Source: Iphione sp. A-MEVVRFRX5 (taxonomy: Eukaryota). Taken from it: a DNA stretch of 64,000 bases. The notes beneath the pieces were generated by a model. It had not been told where the DNA came from. It was given only the letters and a program-made list of their open reading frames with translations, and searched no databases. Below, in pieces: positions 52,301 to 64,000 of the stretch; position 1 is the stretch's first letter, and each line of letters begins with the position of its first letter. The stretch covers positions 47,554,001 through 47,618,000 of the forward strand of contig OZ320322.1 of NCBI GenBank assembly GCA_976226885.1, written 5' to 3'. A program made the position numbers and the translations under genes.

Positions 52301-55300
52301 TATGTCCAGTCATATATCTCCGCTGCTGCATCTCATGTTTAACACGAAATTGTATCATGCTTGCCAAATGCTTCTTAAAATAACCTTTAAAAGCAGATTT
52401 CAGCACATAATAACTCGATTATCTCAGTGACAGCAGATGAAAGACATTTCCATCGTGGCACAAAAACACAGTATGCCTACACCAAACTCCCTCCTCGTAA
52501 ATCGTGACACTTTGGGCATGACCGTAAATAATAGACCTAAATCTATCTCTTCCGGAGATGAATGTACATGTAAACTACTACTAGACAAAGCGGGACTCGC
52601 TTAAAGGTGACCCTGCCTTCAAGTGTCTTTTCTATATTCTCGAGCTCTCAGAGCTAAATATCTCTCTTTTTGATATGAATGTACACAAATTTATTAAAAG
52701 CAGAATTTGCTCAGGGTTAAAGGTGCCTCTCCCTCAAATTGCAACTCTAAGACCTTTCTGAAATGAATACATATGTGCAAGTGTAACCTAAAACAAAGAA
52801 GTAACAATGACAATCATGCAAATTTGAATATTTCCTAGTTCAGATGCTATTTAAAAACACATTGTTGCGGTGGTTAACAAGTAGTTTAGGCTCAGCTTTC
52901 CACTGTCGATAAAAGGTTACAAACGCTGCCAAGCTTACATTTATATACCATTTTCCCAGCCATTATGATGGCTCCTAAAAAGGCTGCTCATATTGAGCCT
53001 GTGGATGTGGTGGGGACAGGGCCGGAGGTGGGAGGGAGATCAAAACCATTGCTGCCGTTCAAGATGCCTCGCGACAAAATGTCTCTCTTTCTCTCTACTG
53101 GCGACGCTTCTCACCACCTTTTCATGTGCCATCCGTTTAGCCTGCCATCGGTGAGCTCTGACAAGCCGGGGTTAAACCACTTTGCTTTGCCTGTGCAGCT
53201 CCGTTGCTGAAAACCTTCCTGTTGACCGAGCACACACGGAGCGTTACGCGCAGCTCGTCGACCTTGCTGGAACGGTCGGCCCGGACGGCCGCCTCCTGCC
53301 AGCGGGCCTGCGTAAGCTTCAGGGAACCCTGCTTCGGGGTGGACTTCACGACAGACGGCCAGATCTGTCAGCTTATAACCAGATACAACTACGAGCTCGG
53401 AAGGCTTGGCGGTTCGCCAAACATATCCAACTACCGCCGGTCGTTCGAAGCCAAATGTGATTACTTCCCTCTTTTTTCTCTCTCTCCTTTAAATGTTGCC
53501 TCCTGTTGCCATGGCATAGTTTGAAAGAACGGAACTTCCTGGTCCGTAAATGCCGATCTTAACATGGTTAACGACTTACCGTCGTTCATGAGAATACGTC
53601 GATTCACTGTTGTCGCTTGCATCTGCTATCCTCGTTTTAGAGTGGACAGAAGATACAGATTCAACAGTTGGATTTATACCGTACTGAAATTTAATGTAGT
53701 AAATGTAGCCGGCTGTGAACAAGAGTATCACTAAAAACAAACCGCTTACTATCTTTGAGCTTTTTATTGTCACGTTAAAACGAATTTCACAAAACCAATA
53801 AAGATCACTCCATAACTCGTTCCCTACTAACGCATACTGCTTTGCCCTTCGCCTTTTAAGATCTCAAATAGATTTCCCTTCATTATGACCTTTGAACACA
53901 AACCCACTGCTTCTCTCCAGCTTTCTGCCAGGAGTCGTTGTACTTCCACACTCACCGCACCTTTCGGAGCAGCGTACGTTTCATAGCCCAGCGAGACACG
54001 GTCAACAGCAAGGAGCTGTGCCAGGAGCGATGTCTGGGCCCGTTCAGAAACGGTCGTCTGGACTCCGGCTTCAGGTGTACGGCGGCTGCCTTTGACTCCT
54101 CGCGGAGCCGCTGTCTGCTGACGGACGCCAAGTACGACCCATCCATGCTGGAGGACTCCCAAGACTCCACGCACTTCCTGAACGATGGCATCGAATGCCT
54201 GCTACAACCCCAATCAGGTGGGTGGTGGTGGTGGTGACGGTGGTGGTGGCCGCAGCTGTGGTGCTGACGAGGTCCACCTGTGGCCTGCACTCAACACCCA
54301 AGTAGGTCCCTCTTTGACTTCACTGGCACCTTGTGACAGGAGGGTAGAAGGTGGGCGACTAAGATCAGTCACTGCCCTGATGACCGCAAGAAGGCAATGA
54401 CAAGGCGCTTTGGCTTGTCTGGGAGGGGAGAGAGAGGAGATGATGGAGAAAAAGCGCCCTTTACGCTTAGTGATCAATAATCAGGGGGCAATAGAAATAC
54501 GGCCATGTTTCATTACTTTCAGCTCACACTTTTAGAGAAATGTCAATGATGGGTGATTATATCGTCTGGCAATCCAACTGATGTTGACTAAATTTAGTTT
54601 GACACAGACGGCTAAAAAGAAATTGCCATTATTATTATTTATCTTACTATTGTTTTATATTACACGCGTTATTTTCTTCCACCTTATCTCATTCGACCAG
54701 TTTAACAGGAACGGTGTTTTCCACGATTGCTGTCAGTTTGTTAAATGGTTGTTGAGTTTTGAATCTTAAAAAGATGTAGCTGGAAGGAAGCAGGAAATGA
54801 ACCTATCGTCAAACTCAGGAAAGGTTACCCTTTCTGTGCCTGAGAACGAAGGCAATGAAGTAGAGGTGCTATTTTGCAAGCTCTTGCTGTCACTGTTCCC
54901 AGGCTTTAGGCAGTATTGTTGTAGGCCTATTTATACATGCATATTGGCAACTCGAGTAAAAAGGTTTTCCCGTCTATTCATTATTGCCAAATACCTCTTC
55001 GAGTTCTTTACCTTTATATTTCTTAGAAGATTTCTTTCTTCAATTACCTCCTTGTTTTACACGTGCATTCTGTCTCCTTTTCATCACACTTTCTGTCTCA
55101 TTACATCTTATACCAGACCTCACGATAATCATAGAAACTTACGTAAGATTTTGTGTGAACAGGCCTGATTGATCATGTCCTTCCTTTTGGCTTTACCTCA
55201 CAACGAACATCTATCTATGTGACTGTGTGTACAGAATTTCATTTCCACATGGGCGCTGGCGAAAATATCTTTGCTACCAGAGGAAATTGTTGTGTTATAC

Positions 55301-55699
55301 AGCTATTGGTAGATCGCTTTTAGAAAAAAAATGTATGGAGAGGATGCGTCGCTGAGAACATTGTACAAACTCTTTTTCCAGCGTGTTCACTACGTTTTAA
55401 TCTGCTTCGAATGAATGGGCAACCAGCGGACCTAGATGCGAGTCTCCGGCAAGACGGCCCGCTCAACGTGCCCGAGTGCGCAAGCGCCTGTGTCAACTTC
55501 CGCAACGACGATGGCGATAAATGTTCGGGTTTCGTGTTTACTTACAGCGACCAGCAGCCGTGTACTCTGTACACAGGCAAAACGACCGCCTCAGTGCAGG
55601 AGGCTGAGGGCGTCGACTTCTACGAGGCCGGGACCAAGAGATGTGGTCAGTACACATAATACATTATAAGCGCACATTGAGTGCACTCGCCGTTTGCTG

Positions 55700-55762
<63 letters not shown>

Positions 55763-58700
55763 TGTGTGTGAGACAGAGAGAGAGGGGGTGGGGTAGGTGG
55801 GTGTTTTAGGAGGAACGTTTTAATTCACTGTGTGTATAGGAGGGGGAGAGGTTTTCGCCCTCATACTATCACCGACGTCTTCCCACAATCTTCATCACAA
55901 AGTAGTTCATCTAACAGACATTATAACCACCCTAGATAAGCTTAGACGTTCTGTGCTCAAGAGCTGGAAGTCCCCAGCTTTTTCAACGTAGAAAGGCTCT
56001 CTCTTTGAAATGCTCGTCGATTCTGCACATAAAGGCCACGCCCGATTAACAGATTCCTTCAACCACCAGCGCTTCATCCACACATTCACACACATATATT
56101 CATCCGCAGTGAATAGCCCCGGCACTTTCATCATTATCAAAGGAAATCTGTATGACAGCCGTATCTCACCATCCTTTGATTATTGTACAGTCTTATCAAC
56201 TCATCGCCATGTATCTAAAGTGGGGCCTTTTTTAATCTTATCCTGCAGAGGAATGCGGCTTCATCCGACAAAGGGACAGTTCTGCCTGGGGCGGCCTTCT
56301 GGAAAGAAATGCCGTCACTCGAACCGCCTGTGCTGACGCCTGCCGTCAGAAGAACGAAGACGATCGTTGCTACGGGTATGACTTTACCACGGACAACATG
56401 TGCTATCTTATCGGCGAGAGGGGGTACACACTGAGGAATACCTCCAACACTGACAACTACCGAGCGGACCCGGCATGCCTAGGTCAGCCACCCAGAGTAT
56501 CTCTTCTTGTATATAAACATATGGAGTACTGTCTATGCGGGCAGGTCAAATGGCGCCGCCATTGTTAGTATGAACAGAGCTGAAGGCGACGAGGCCAGTC
56601 CTGTGTTACCTTCTGGTTTGTGTACATGAATGATGGGGATGGCGCATTCCAAGAGTTCCAACTAACTACATGTTCACGTATTTCCATTTCTAAAACCTGT
56701 AATGCCGTTATAAATGAAGAGCGATAAAGATTATAGGCCGTGCCGCGCATGCATCATGGCAGGAGTCCTGTCCATAAAGAAGGTGCCCAGCTTGAGTGTA
56801 TTGCTCTCATATATAACCTGAAACAGCAGCCACGCAGCTCATTCTGATCGGTATTCTCAATTTCCGGGTGGCAGCTACAATAAGGATGAAGAATAACTTA
56901 AAGCATAACGCCTAAGAATTCAAATGTCCAGGAAATGACATGGTGGGCATATGGTCCCTGCGAGGAGGGCTATTTGCTAGGCAATGTGAACGAGTTAGCG
57001 GCCATTCATAGTCACGCCCCCTACAGGGAATGTGCTAATTGACTGGCGTCCTGCTAGTCCAGGAGACCATCTCACAGGGGGACATTGCTTGTAGTATCAA
57101 TAAGTAGTATACTGATAGTTATGAACACTAAAACTAATACACTCATTATCAGGTCAGGATTTTAGAGTATAGAATAGAAGAAAAAATTAGTAACAAAAAG
57201 GTAGCTTTTCAAGTGAACCGCTATAGTACTTTATGAAGGTTGTTTAAACTGTCTTTCTGGGGAAAAATTGCTCTCTAAACAAATATATTATCAATGAATA
57301 TCAACTTCTTTCAGGCCTTCTCTCTATGTTTAATAACTGAAAGATATATCGTCATGAATCCAGTTCTCCCCTAGCATTATGTACGCAACAGAGTCAGAAT
57401 GAGTACAACAATTTCAGAATAGTGTTTGTGGATACATTTCTCCATGACAGTGCACTGTTCACCTGCGTATGCTAACAGCTATGAGGTCTTGATAAAGGAA
57501 AGTTAGGATGGAGTATGAATGGTTTTGAAAGCATTCATCAAGGCAACTCATCATAGTTTTTATGTAATCAGACAAAATGTTTGATTCAAGTTCGTTTGAG
57601 TAAAGATAGCCTTTATGTAATGCATTGGTATCAATATGAATACATGTATTCATGTATTTCCCAGATTAGTACAACAGCCTGATGACCTTCTGTGGTCCAG
57701 CACCGAAAGATCATCTCATATTCATATCAATGCTATGCCCTTGTTTTGTTTTGCTGAGTTACAGTACATCTACATGTGACATGAAACATGCATAGTGTAT
57801 ATAGTACTACTACAATGGAAAGCCACCTCTGCAACACATCTCGAATCGGGACACACTTCAAACAGGGACTCTTTTGGGAAGAACAGAATTAATTTTCCAT
57901 ATTCCGTACAAAGTGTCCAAAGAATAGGTGTCCAGAATAGAAACTTTCCATTGTATGTTTATGTATCTATAACATGTTCATTTCCTTTCATACATGTGCA
58001 TGAATATGATTTGCCTTCCTCTGAATTGATGTATCTTTACGTGTGTGAACCCCAGGTAAGCATTCTTGTTTTAGCTACCCCTGTAGTTTTAGCTTCTATT
58101 TGTAGTCCCACCTCACCCCTGTAGTCTATGCTGCCAACCCAGATTTTATTGTAGTAACAACTATGCATGCAGTACCAGCTACTTCCAACGAGTCCCCACT
58201 TTCCTAATGCAGTCACAGTTACTATCGTTACAATGGTTCTGGCTATCTACCTTAGTTCAAGTTCCCAAAGGAGCTCCAACTTCTTCTCACTGCAGTCCCA
58301 ACCATCCCTCTAGTTCTAGCTACCCAAAACAGTTTTAGCTAACCCACTCTAGTTACACCTGCCCTGTAATCCTTGCTTCCCCTTGGATTCCTATGTACAC
58401 TTCTGTCCTGGTTGTCCCTAATTGTACAAGGTACCTCATTTAGTCTAGCTACTTATTTCCCTTGTATTCTTACCTCTGTACGTAAACTAAATCACCATAG
58501 TATACTCCTGTTGCTGAGGCTACACCTGCTGTCCTACCTACTCCCTGTAGTCCCACATTGATAGTCCCTACACTCTCCCTACAGTCTCAGGAATCCTATA
58601 CTCTAGTTTCAGTTGTCTTTTGTAGTTCTTGCAAATCTACAATACTCTTAGCTACTTTTGTGTCATACCACCGACCACCGTCGTCTCACCCATAAAGTCC

Positions 58701-59950
58701 TAACCGCTCTTTCATGATCCCTTTACTTGCAGCTTCCCCTGGATTCCCATTTCACCTTGGCCCCAACCGCCCCGTCCCTGGTAGTCCCATCTCTTTCTCG
58801 ATTAAAATCTACTTCTTTCCTCGACCACAGACTGTCGGCCGAGCCAGTTCATCTCGACCAGCCTCACCGAGCCCATCGGCGGTCGCCTGCTGCGCCACCA
58901 GGGGCTGACAGCGTGCTCGCGGGCCTGCCAGAGGTCCTCCGAGTCGTCGGAGAGCGGCCACCGCCGCTGCTACGGCTTCTCCTACAACCGCCGCACCAAG
59001 GACTGCTCGCTCTTCCACAACTTCGGCTACCGCCTCAACTCCATCGGTGTCACGCCCGACGGCTACCATTACCGGCGACTGTTCTCCTGCGGTAAGTCGT
59101 CCGACTTCCACGCCAGGTCGAGTTTCCCAACTGTTTGCCATTGGCGGTGGAATCTGGAATCTTTTTTATTACCCATTGACAGATGAAAAAACAATGGAAA
59201 ACGGAGGGCACGGGTGCATTTCTAGTCTTCCTCCGCTTTTAGATATTTTCCTAACCTTTTAACCCTCTAAGATCTTCATCGGAGAAGAAACAAGTAATAA
59301 TTACCAACAGCATAATATCTTTAGTATCCGAACGGGTGGATTAGAAAAAGGCAGCTTATGCACATTAAAAGCCCTTGAGAACGTAAAATGACAGTTATAA
59401 TCTTCACATCTGAAATGCTAGAGTCAGGCGACACTTTGTTTTATAAAGTACGTGTACAGACAGCAAGGTACCTTTGGCTTAGATGAGGAATTACACAAGT
59501 AGTTTACCTGTTCATAATCCCATGTGAGAAGAATTCTGAATACAAGTACATATATGCTCGTGGCTTTCTATATGCGCATGTGTATAAGTTAGATCGAGCA
59601 ATTTATCTGTAATTAACTGCTTTATTCATCTACGAAAGTATTTTTGTGCGACTGATTGTACGATTTTGCGGTCTTTCCATTCAGACTCCCCCTCTTGTAA
59701 TGCGTACGACATGACGGCCGATACAGAGGTGACCTCTGGTGACGGTTTGGTGCAGCCTTGGGACGTGAACACGGTAGCGAGGTGCCAAGACCGCTGCTGG
59801 GGCTACGGCCTGATCACCAACTCCAGCTGTGTGGCGCTGGATTTCAACCGTCGCAAAGACACCTGCACCCTCTACACAGACCCGGACTACCAGTTAGGGG
59901 CCCTCGGTCAAGCCATGGGCGTTGACCATTACAAGAGGAAGCCATGCTAG
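45692..59950 (+). CDS. Type II single-pass membrane protein with six tandem PAN/Apple domains (782 aa); join(45692..46316,50738..50881,53199..53456,53921..54217,55382..55645,56249..56482,58831..59091,59685..59950)
   Basis: Eight exons with GT-AG boundaries, all introns phase 1, summing to 2349 nt = 783 codons in one open frame. In-frame upstream stops and the gaaaATGG context support the start. One TM helix near aa 187-208. Six domains carry the PAN pattern C-x3-C...C-x2-(F/Y)...C-x-L...Y. Confidence 0.88.
50738..50881 (+). CDS. PAN-protein exon 2: Ser/Thr-rich stalk
   Basis: ttatttccag| acceptor, phase 1. AQVLVPRAPGKALLNTTVTSQGTTKTTGSKGSTSSMGTSTPASAPDET, then AG|GTATAC donor; 144 nt. Confidence 0.75.
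53199..53456 (+). CDS. PAN-protein exon 3: PAN domain 1 (4-Cys type)
   Basis: cctgtgcag| acceptor. ...AASCQRACVSFREPCFGVDFTTDGQICQLITRY...NYRRSFEAK. Donor T|GTGATT is weaker but is the phase-1 site that fits exon 4. Confidence 0.82.
53921..54217 (+). CDS. PAN-protein exon 4: PAN domain 2
   Basis: cttctctccag| acceptor. FCQESLYF...LCQERCLG...FRCTAAAFDSSRSRCLLTD...GIECLLQPQS, then AG|GTGGGT; 297 nt. Confidence 0.88.
55382..55645 (+). CDS. PAN-protein exon 5: PAN domain 3
   Basis: ctctttttccag| acceptor. ACSLRF...ECASACVNF...KCSGFVFTYSDQQPCTLY...VDFYEAGTKRC, then G|GTCAGT; 264 nt. Confidence 0.92.
55703..55770. repeat. Compound (TG)n-(TGCG)n microsatellite in intron 5
   Basis: Direct reading. 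Confidence 0.95.
56249..56482 (+). CDS. PAN-protein exon 6: PAN domain 4 (not in ORF track)
   Basis: cttatcctgcag| acceptor. EECGFIRQRDSSAWGGLLERNAVTRTACADACRQKNEDDRCYGYDFTTDNMCYLIGERGYTLRNTSNTDNYRADPACL, then AG|GTCAGC; 234 nt. Confidence 0.9.
58060..58790. repeat. Highly degenerate ~18-bp minisatellite in intron 6
   Basis: Recurrent units resembling GTAGTTTTAGCTACCCCT / GTAGTCCCA...CCT with strong C/T strand skew. Confidence 0.55.
58831..59091 (+). CDS. PAN-protein exon 7: PAN domain 5 (coding frame not in ORF track)
   Basis: ctttcctcgaccacag| acceptor. DCRPSQF...TACSRACQRS...RRCYGFSYNRRTKDCSLFHN...YHYRRLFSC, then G|GTAAGT; 261 nt. Confidence 0.93.
59685..59950 (+). CDS. PAN-protein exon 8 (terminal): PAN domain 6
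   Basis: tctttccattcag| acceptor. DSPSCNAY...RCQDRCWG...SSCVALDFNRRKDTCTLY...VDHYKRKPC-stop (TAG 59948-59950). Confidence 0.92.
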
Positions 59951-60099
59951 CATACCAGCCAGGAGTCGTATAACGAACGCTTCTCTGTCTGTGTGGAAAG
60001 CATGATTGACTGCGCGGTGTTGCTCCTGTCTCTCAGCCCTAGGCTTAACGACGGCTGCGCCGCCGCGGACGTCAGACCATGTAATTGGTCAGTGTAAAT

Positions 60100-60105
60100 A
60101 ATAAA
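60100..60105 (+). terminator. Candidate polyadenylation signal of the PAN-domain gene
   Basis: First AATAAA, ~150 nt after the stop. Confidence 0.5.
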
Positions 60106-63100
60106 TGGAGAGATGACCAAGTGAATCCTGAGACAATGTAATGAGACTCCTCTTGTGAATTACTCTGAGCGTGTGTGACGTCATAGAGACATAGGGGGCT
60201 CTCCCGGTATAAAAAGCAACGGAAGTCGCTGCCTTTGATAGAATGTGCCGTCCAGGACGAACCAGCCGTACTTTTTATCAGCAGCATTTTTTTTTAAAAG
60301 CCGTACTTGTTGATTGTTTATAAGCTGGATTACCGTGACAGTCTGGAAACCCCGTTGTTAAACCCCCAAGAATTACCTTCAAGTTCGACTCCGAAGCGTC
60401 AGACGTCTGAAGTCGTGGCTTGTCGACGGTGATACTGGCCGCTCCACGCACAAGGACCAGCAACGCGATAACAAATGTCGCCTTTGCAGTAGGCAGCGTT
60501 AGGGAAGGTCAGGAAAAGTGTTCTAAATGCTTGCTTATTTCTCGAGGGTCATGATTTTCTGGTGAGTGACTGTCACTTTAAAGCATTTCAGAATGTTCGA
60601 CCTCGACCAATGGTATATACGCTTAAGTTTCACAAGACTATGTTTCCATGATCTATTTAAGTCTGCTTGCGGAAAGTGAGCAGAGACTTTTGAGGAGATG
60701 TCATGAAAAAAAAAGCTTGAGGTGATGAAAAAACATTTTTATTAGAACATTTGTAGAGATGCAGTGCTATGGAAATAAAAAGGTCATATTCATCCATTGA
60801 TGTACATAGAGGCTACTTTTACGAGCCCGAGGATTAATCAAAACAGGCATCCAGGACATTCTCGAGAAGGGACCACGGTACAGCACTCCCACGAACTGGG
60901 CTATTTGAGCAAGACACCTTATTTTGATAGCAGGTCGATATTCATCAAGTCTTGTTTTTCCTTGCTTCTGGTTATGAATGACAAATTATAAATTGTATAT
61001 ATAAACATATACTTGCTTCTCAGTATTCATCAGAATACCTACTGAACGTCTTCAATGATGTTCTACCAAGTTTCACACCTACAATGTAATTATAAGGCTC
61101 GGGTTATTAGATGTATCTCCATGCCTCTAACTTCATGTAAATATCAATAGACGTTTAGTTGAACACCGCTACGACGACGTATTTTTGTCCTTTTCTGACG
61201 TCATAACACACCATTCACCAATGGAAATGAGTTATATTTGTGATTTTTCTTGTAAAGGTTGCACTGTAGCGGATTCTTTCGGCCACCGACGATGGGCCAA
61301 TTATACATGTATCCCTCATAGCTTTACATTTCGTCACATAAAAGAATAGGTTCCCTGAAACAAACGAAGACCTCTCACTATGCTCATAAAAGTGGTCAGT
61401 GCGCTATGCCATTGATAATTGTTAGCTGTAATGGCCACTTGATTAATACAATTTAGTCCATAGGGAGAGGCGCGCCTATTCTATAGCAGTAGGGCATTGC
61501 GCAGTGCTTATGACATACATTTAATACACCCAGCAGATCAATCTTTTCCGCAGTTCGAGGAATAGCATTTTTTCCTATGAAGGTCATGCTTTATAAAGGC
61601 GGTTCATCGCCAACGTATTACATTAGGAATTGCCAAAAAAACACGCTTCATGATGAAAAGAGCTAAAATCACACACATCCTGTTTTTCCATTTGATGGCA
61701 AATGAATCGTTTACAAGTCAAGTGCAGTGTCCTCTCGCCAACACGACCACCATTGGTTCTGACTTTAAATGGTCTCAATTCAGAGTGATCTTACTAGACA
61801 GGGGTATGTATGGACATGAATGTAATTCTGCTACTTAAAATGGTCTTATTGTGGAGGTGGTTTAGTTACAGGGGTGGTCCCGGTTTGAGGGGACACACTT
61901 GTATAATATTGTGCTACAGCACGCTTTATTCAGATGACAGAATTCTTGGAGTGTCTGGTGTAATTGAGTCAATGTGCCAGTGGTGCCTGGGAAGCGTGCA
62001 GTTTCTTTTTGTTCAGAGTGCTGTATAAGTTATATTTTCTTCGTATTTATGTTGTTGTATTTATGGTGGCCGGTCATACCTTCGTTAAATACAAAGAAAA
62101 AAGTGAATATATAGTTCTTTTGTTAACTTCGTCTGGTGTGCTGTATATCAGCTCCTTTTAAGGCGAAGGGATAACTTAATCCGTGCCATCTAATGTTAGT
62201 TTTCTGACATCAAAAACTTCAAGTAGGTGTGCTGCGAGTTTGAAATGAAATGATAGTTTCTTGTCGCAAGTTTGAACGTTATGCTGCGCTGTATGTAGTG
62301 CTGAGTGTGGCTTCGCAGGTCCGGTTGGATTATTTTTTGTATTTATTGCTCGAGGTAGGACCCATTCCATTTTAAGAGAATATAGCAGCAGTGATTACGG
62401 TGCCATGATTGCAAACTATGTGTGCTTGCGCCTCCCTGTGCGCCGCAACAAATGCTCTCTTCGCAACAAATAGTTTATTTTCTACAGTGGTATCAATAGA
62501 AATTCCATATGAAACGATTTATATGTACATGTAACGTGCGCACATTGACTACGTGATGATTTAGTTACATGTATTTCATTAGGATGTATGATGGAAAGAT
62601 TTGCACACAACAGTGAAGGGAGTCTACCCAGGAAAAGCGGGGAAACTATTTGGGAATGTTACGTTACACTGTAAAGATTTTCGGATTTATGACAATACGC
62701 TACAGGTATACATAATATTCAGATTAAATTCTACGCATCGCAGGGACTAGCCCTATTTACGAAGGATCGATTAAGGTTATGGGATTTTCTACATCACTCC
62801 TGACTTAGGTTCACTTAGGGAATGTTTCAAGTGACTGAATTTCAATCCATTATAAATATCGACATAAGAACGTAGTTGTAATGAACTACAAGTTACATTC
62901 TCCGGAGAGATTCTTCAGAAACCTTCATGGACTAAATTCAAGCGATAAACAGCACAGCCAAGATGATGAGGGGTGTTAGTTACTACATAATACACACATA
63001 CATCAGGCTCGCAAACTTCAAATTGCAGCATTTTAACGGGGCATTAAATCTAATATTTCTCATAAAAATGGAAGTTATCAGTGAGAAATTATATTCATAG

Positions 63101-63810
63101 GCAACGAAACCTGCCATTCTAAAGATTCGTCTTGGTCGCGATGCTAATTTTATTTTGATGTGACATCAACTTGTATAGATATACATGTACGTGAATTATT
63201 TATAGAAATTATTTTGTATTTTCATACATGGTTATTTCCAGTAAGTGTTTTGGACGGTATAAATCGAGGACATATGAACTTCTAATGGCAGTTGTCAATA
63301 ATCGATCGAACACTTTGAGTGTGTATGTTCCTAAATTGACTCATATACTATTCATTAATACATTTGATGAAGCCAAACTGTGTGGAAGAAATGATGATGG
63401 AATTAAAAGCTATGATTTAGGATTCCTACTGTGTTGATATCTGTTGACACGGACTTGTACATTAACGGATAAACTATCCCTCGTTGTGTAAAACATTTAC
63501 AATTGAATGATAAATAACAAAGGTACAGTTAACATAAGTGTCTAAATTGATGTTCTACTTCTATGGTCTCCAACTACATGATAAATCGCATAAAACTGTT
63601 TTTTACAGGGGAATAAACTCACATTCTGTACACCGCCTTTAGGGGCAAGCATGTTCGAACATTATGTCTAGCAAAATACTTTTAAAAGTTGAAATTGGAG
63701 TCACAGAATGATCTAACTAGATATAGAGAAGTAATCTAAGGTAATCATGTGAACTTTTCGTGTTTTTTTAAGTAACTTTGGTTCACAAGAGACGACTGGC
63801 CTTCGTCTCT

Positions 63811-64000
63811 CTATAATTCTGTCACCGGGGAGTCCTCTTGGTGGTTCTGGTCGAGAGTAATCGTCTCGCGCGACGCCTTCACCATGGCGAGGTCGTTGGG
63901 CTTCAGGTTATTGCGCCTGGTTATGAAGTTACAAAACTGACAGAGCATATGCCAGTAGGCCTGTCTAAAGGCAATGCAGCGTGAGGCATAGATGATGGGA
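63811..64000 (-). CDS. C-terminal part (TM7 end, helix 8, tail) of a second class A GPCR, paralog of 21740-22897; truncated by the window edge
   Basis: Minus strand reads PIIYASRCIAFRQAYWHMLCQFCNFITRRNNLKPNDLAMVKASRETITLDQNHQEDSPVTEL-stop. 14 of 20 residues are identical to PIIYAARSAAFRQAYWKVIC of the first GPCR. Confidence 0.9.
   Translation of the reverse strand, partial: PIIYASRCIAFRQAYWHMLCQFCNFITRRNNLKPNDLAMVKASRETITLDQNHQEDSPVTEL

Noticed and set aside
52960-53150. Phase-1 acceptor at 52959 with an 81-aa ORF, and a 10-nt micro-exon candidate at 53141-53150
   Set aside because: No phase-1 donor for the first. The second is frameshifting and would leave a 48-nt intron.

Overview
Animal genomic DNA with an AT-rich background, GT-AG introns, microsatellites and decayed transposons. 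A marine invertebrate bilaterian is my inference; the species cannot be determined from sequence alone. Three protein-coding genes are well supported. (1) An intronless, extremely GC3-rich class A GPCR (+, 21740-22897) with MECA-group hallmarks (melanocortin/S1P-LPA/cannabinoid/GPR3-6-12-like). (2) An 8-coding-exon gene (+, 45692-59950, 782 aa) that I assembled by hand. It encodes a type II membrane protein: ~185-aa Tyr-rich cytoplasmic N-terminus, one TM helix, a Ser/Thr stalk and six tandem PAN/Apple domains, each on its own phase-1 exon, with no protease or ZP domain. (3) The 3' end of a second, paralogous GPCR on the minus strand running off the window end (63811-64000), missed by the ORF track. 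A candidate minus-strand exon at 54-170 encodes tandem furin-like RRxRR motifs. The remainder is intergenic or intronic: a decayed Tigger/pogo transposase, pogo-type MITEs, LINE and Gypsy remnants, tandem repeats and two promoter-like CpG-rich patches. The most interesting items are the six-PAN type II receptor-like protein and the convergent GPCR paralog pair flanking it. No database searches could be run, so novelty statements are inferences.
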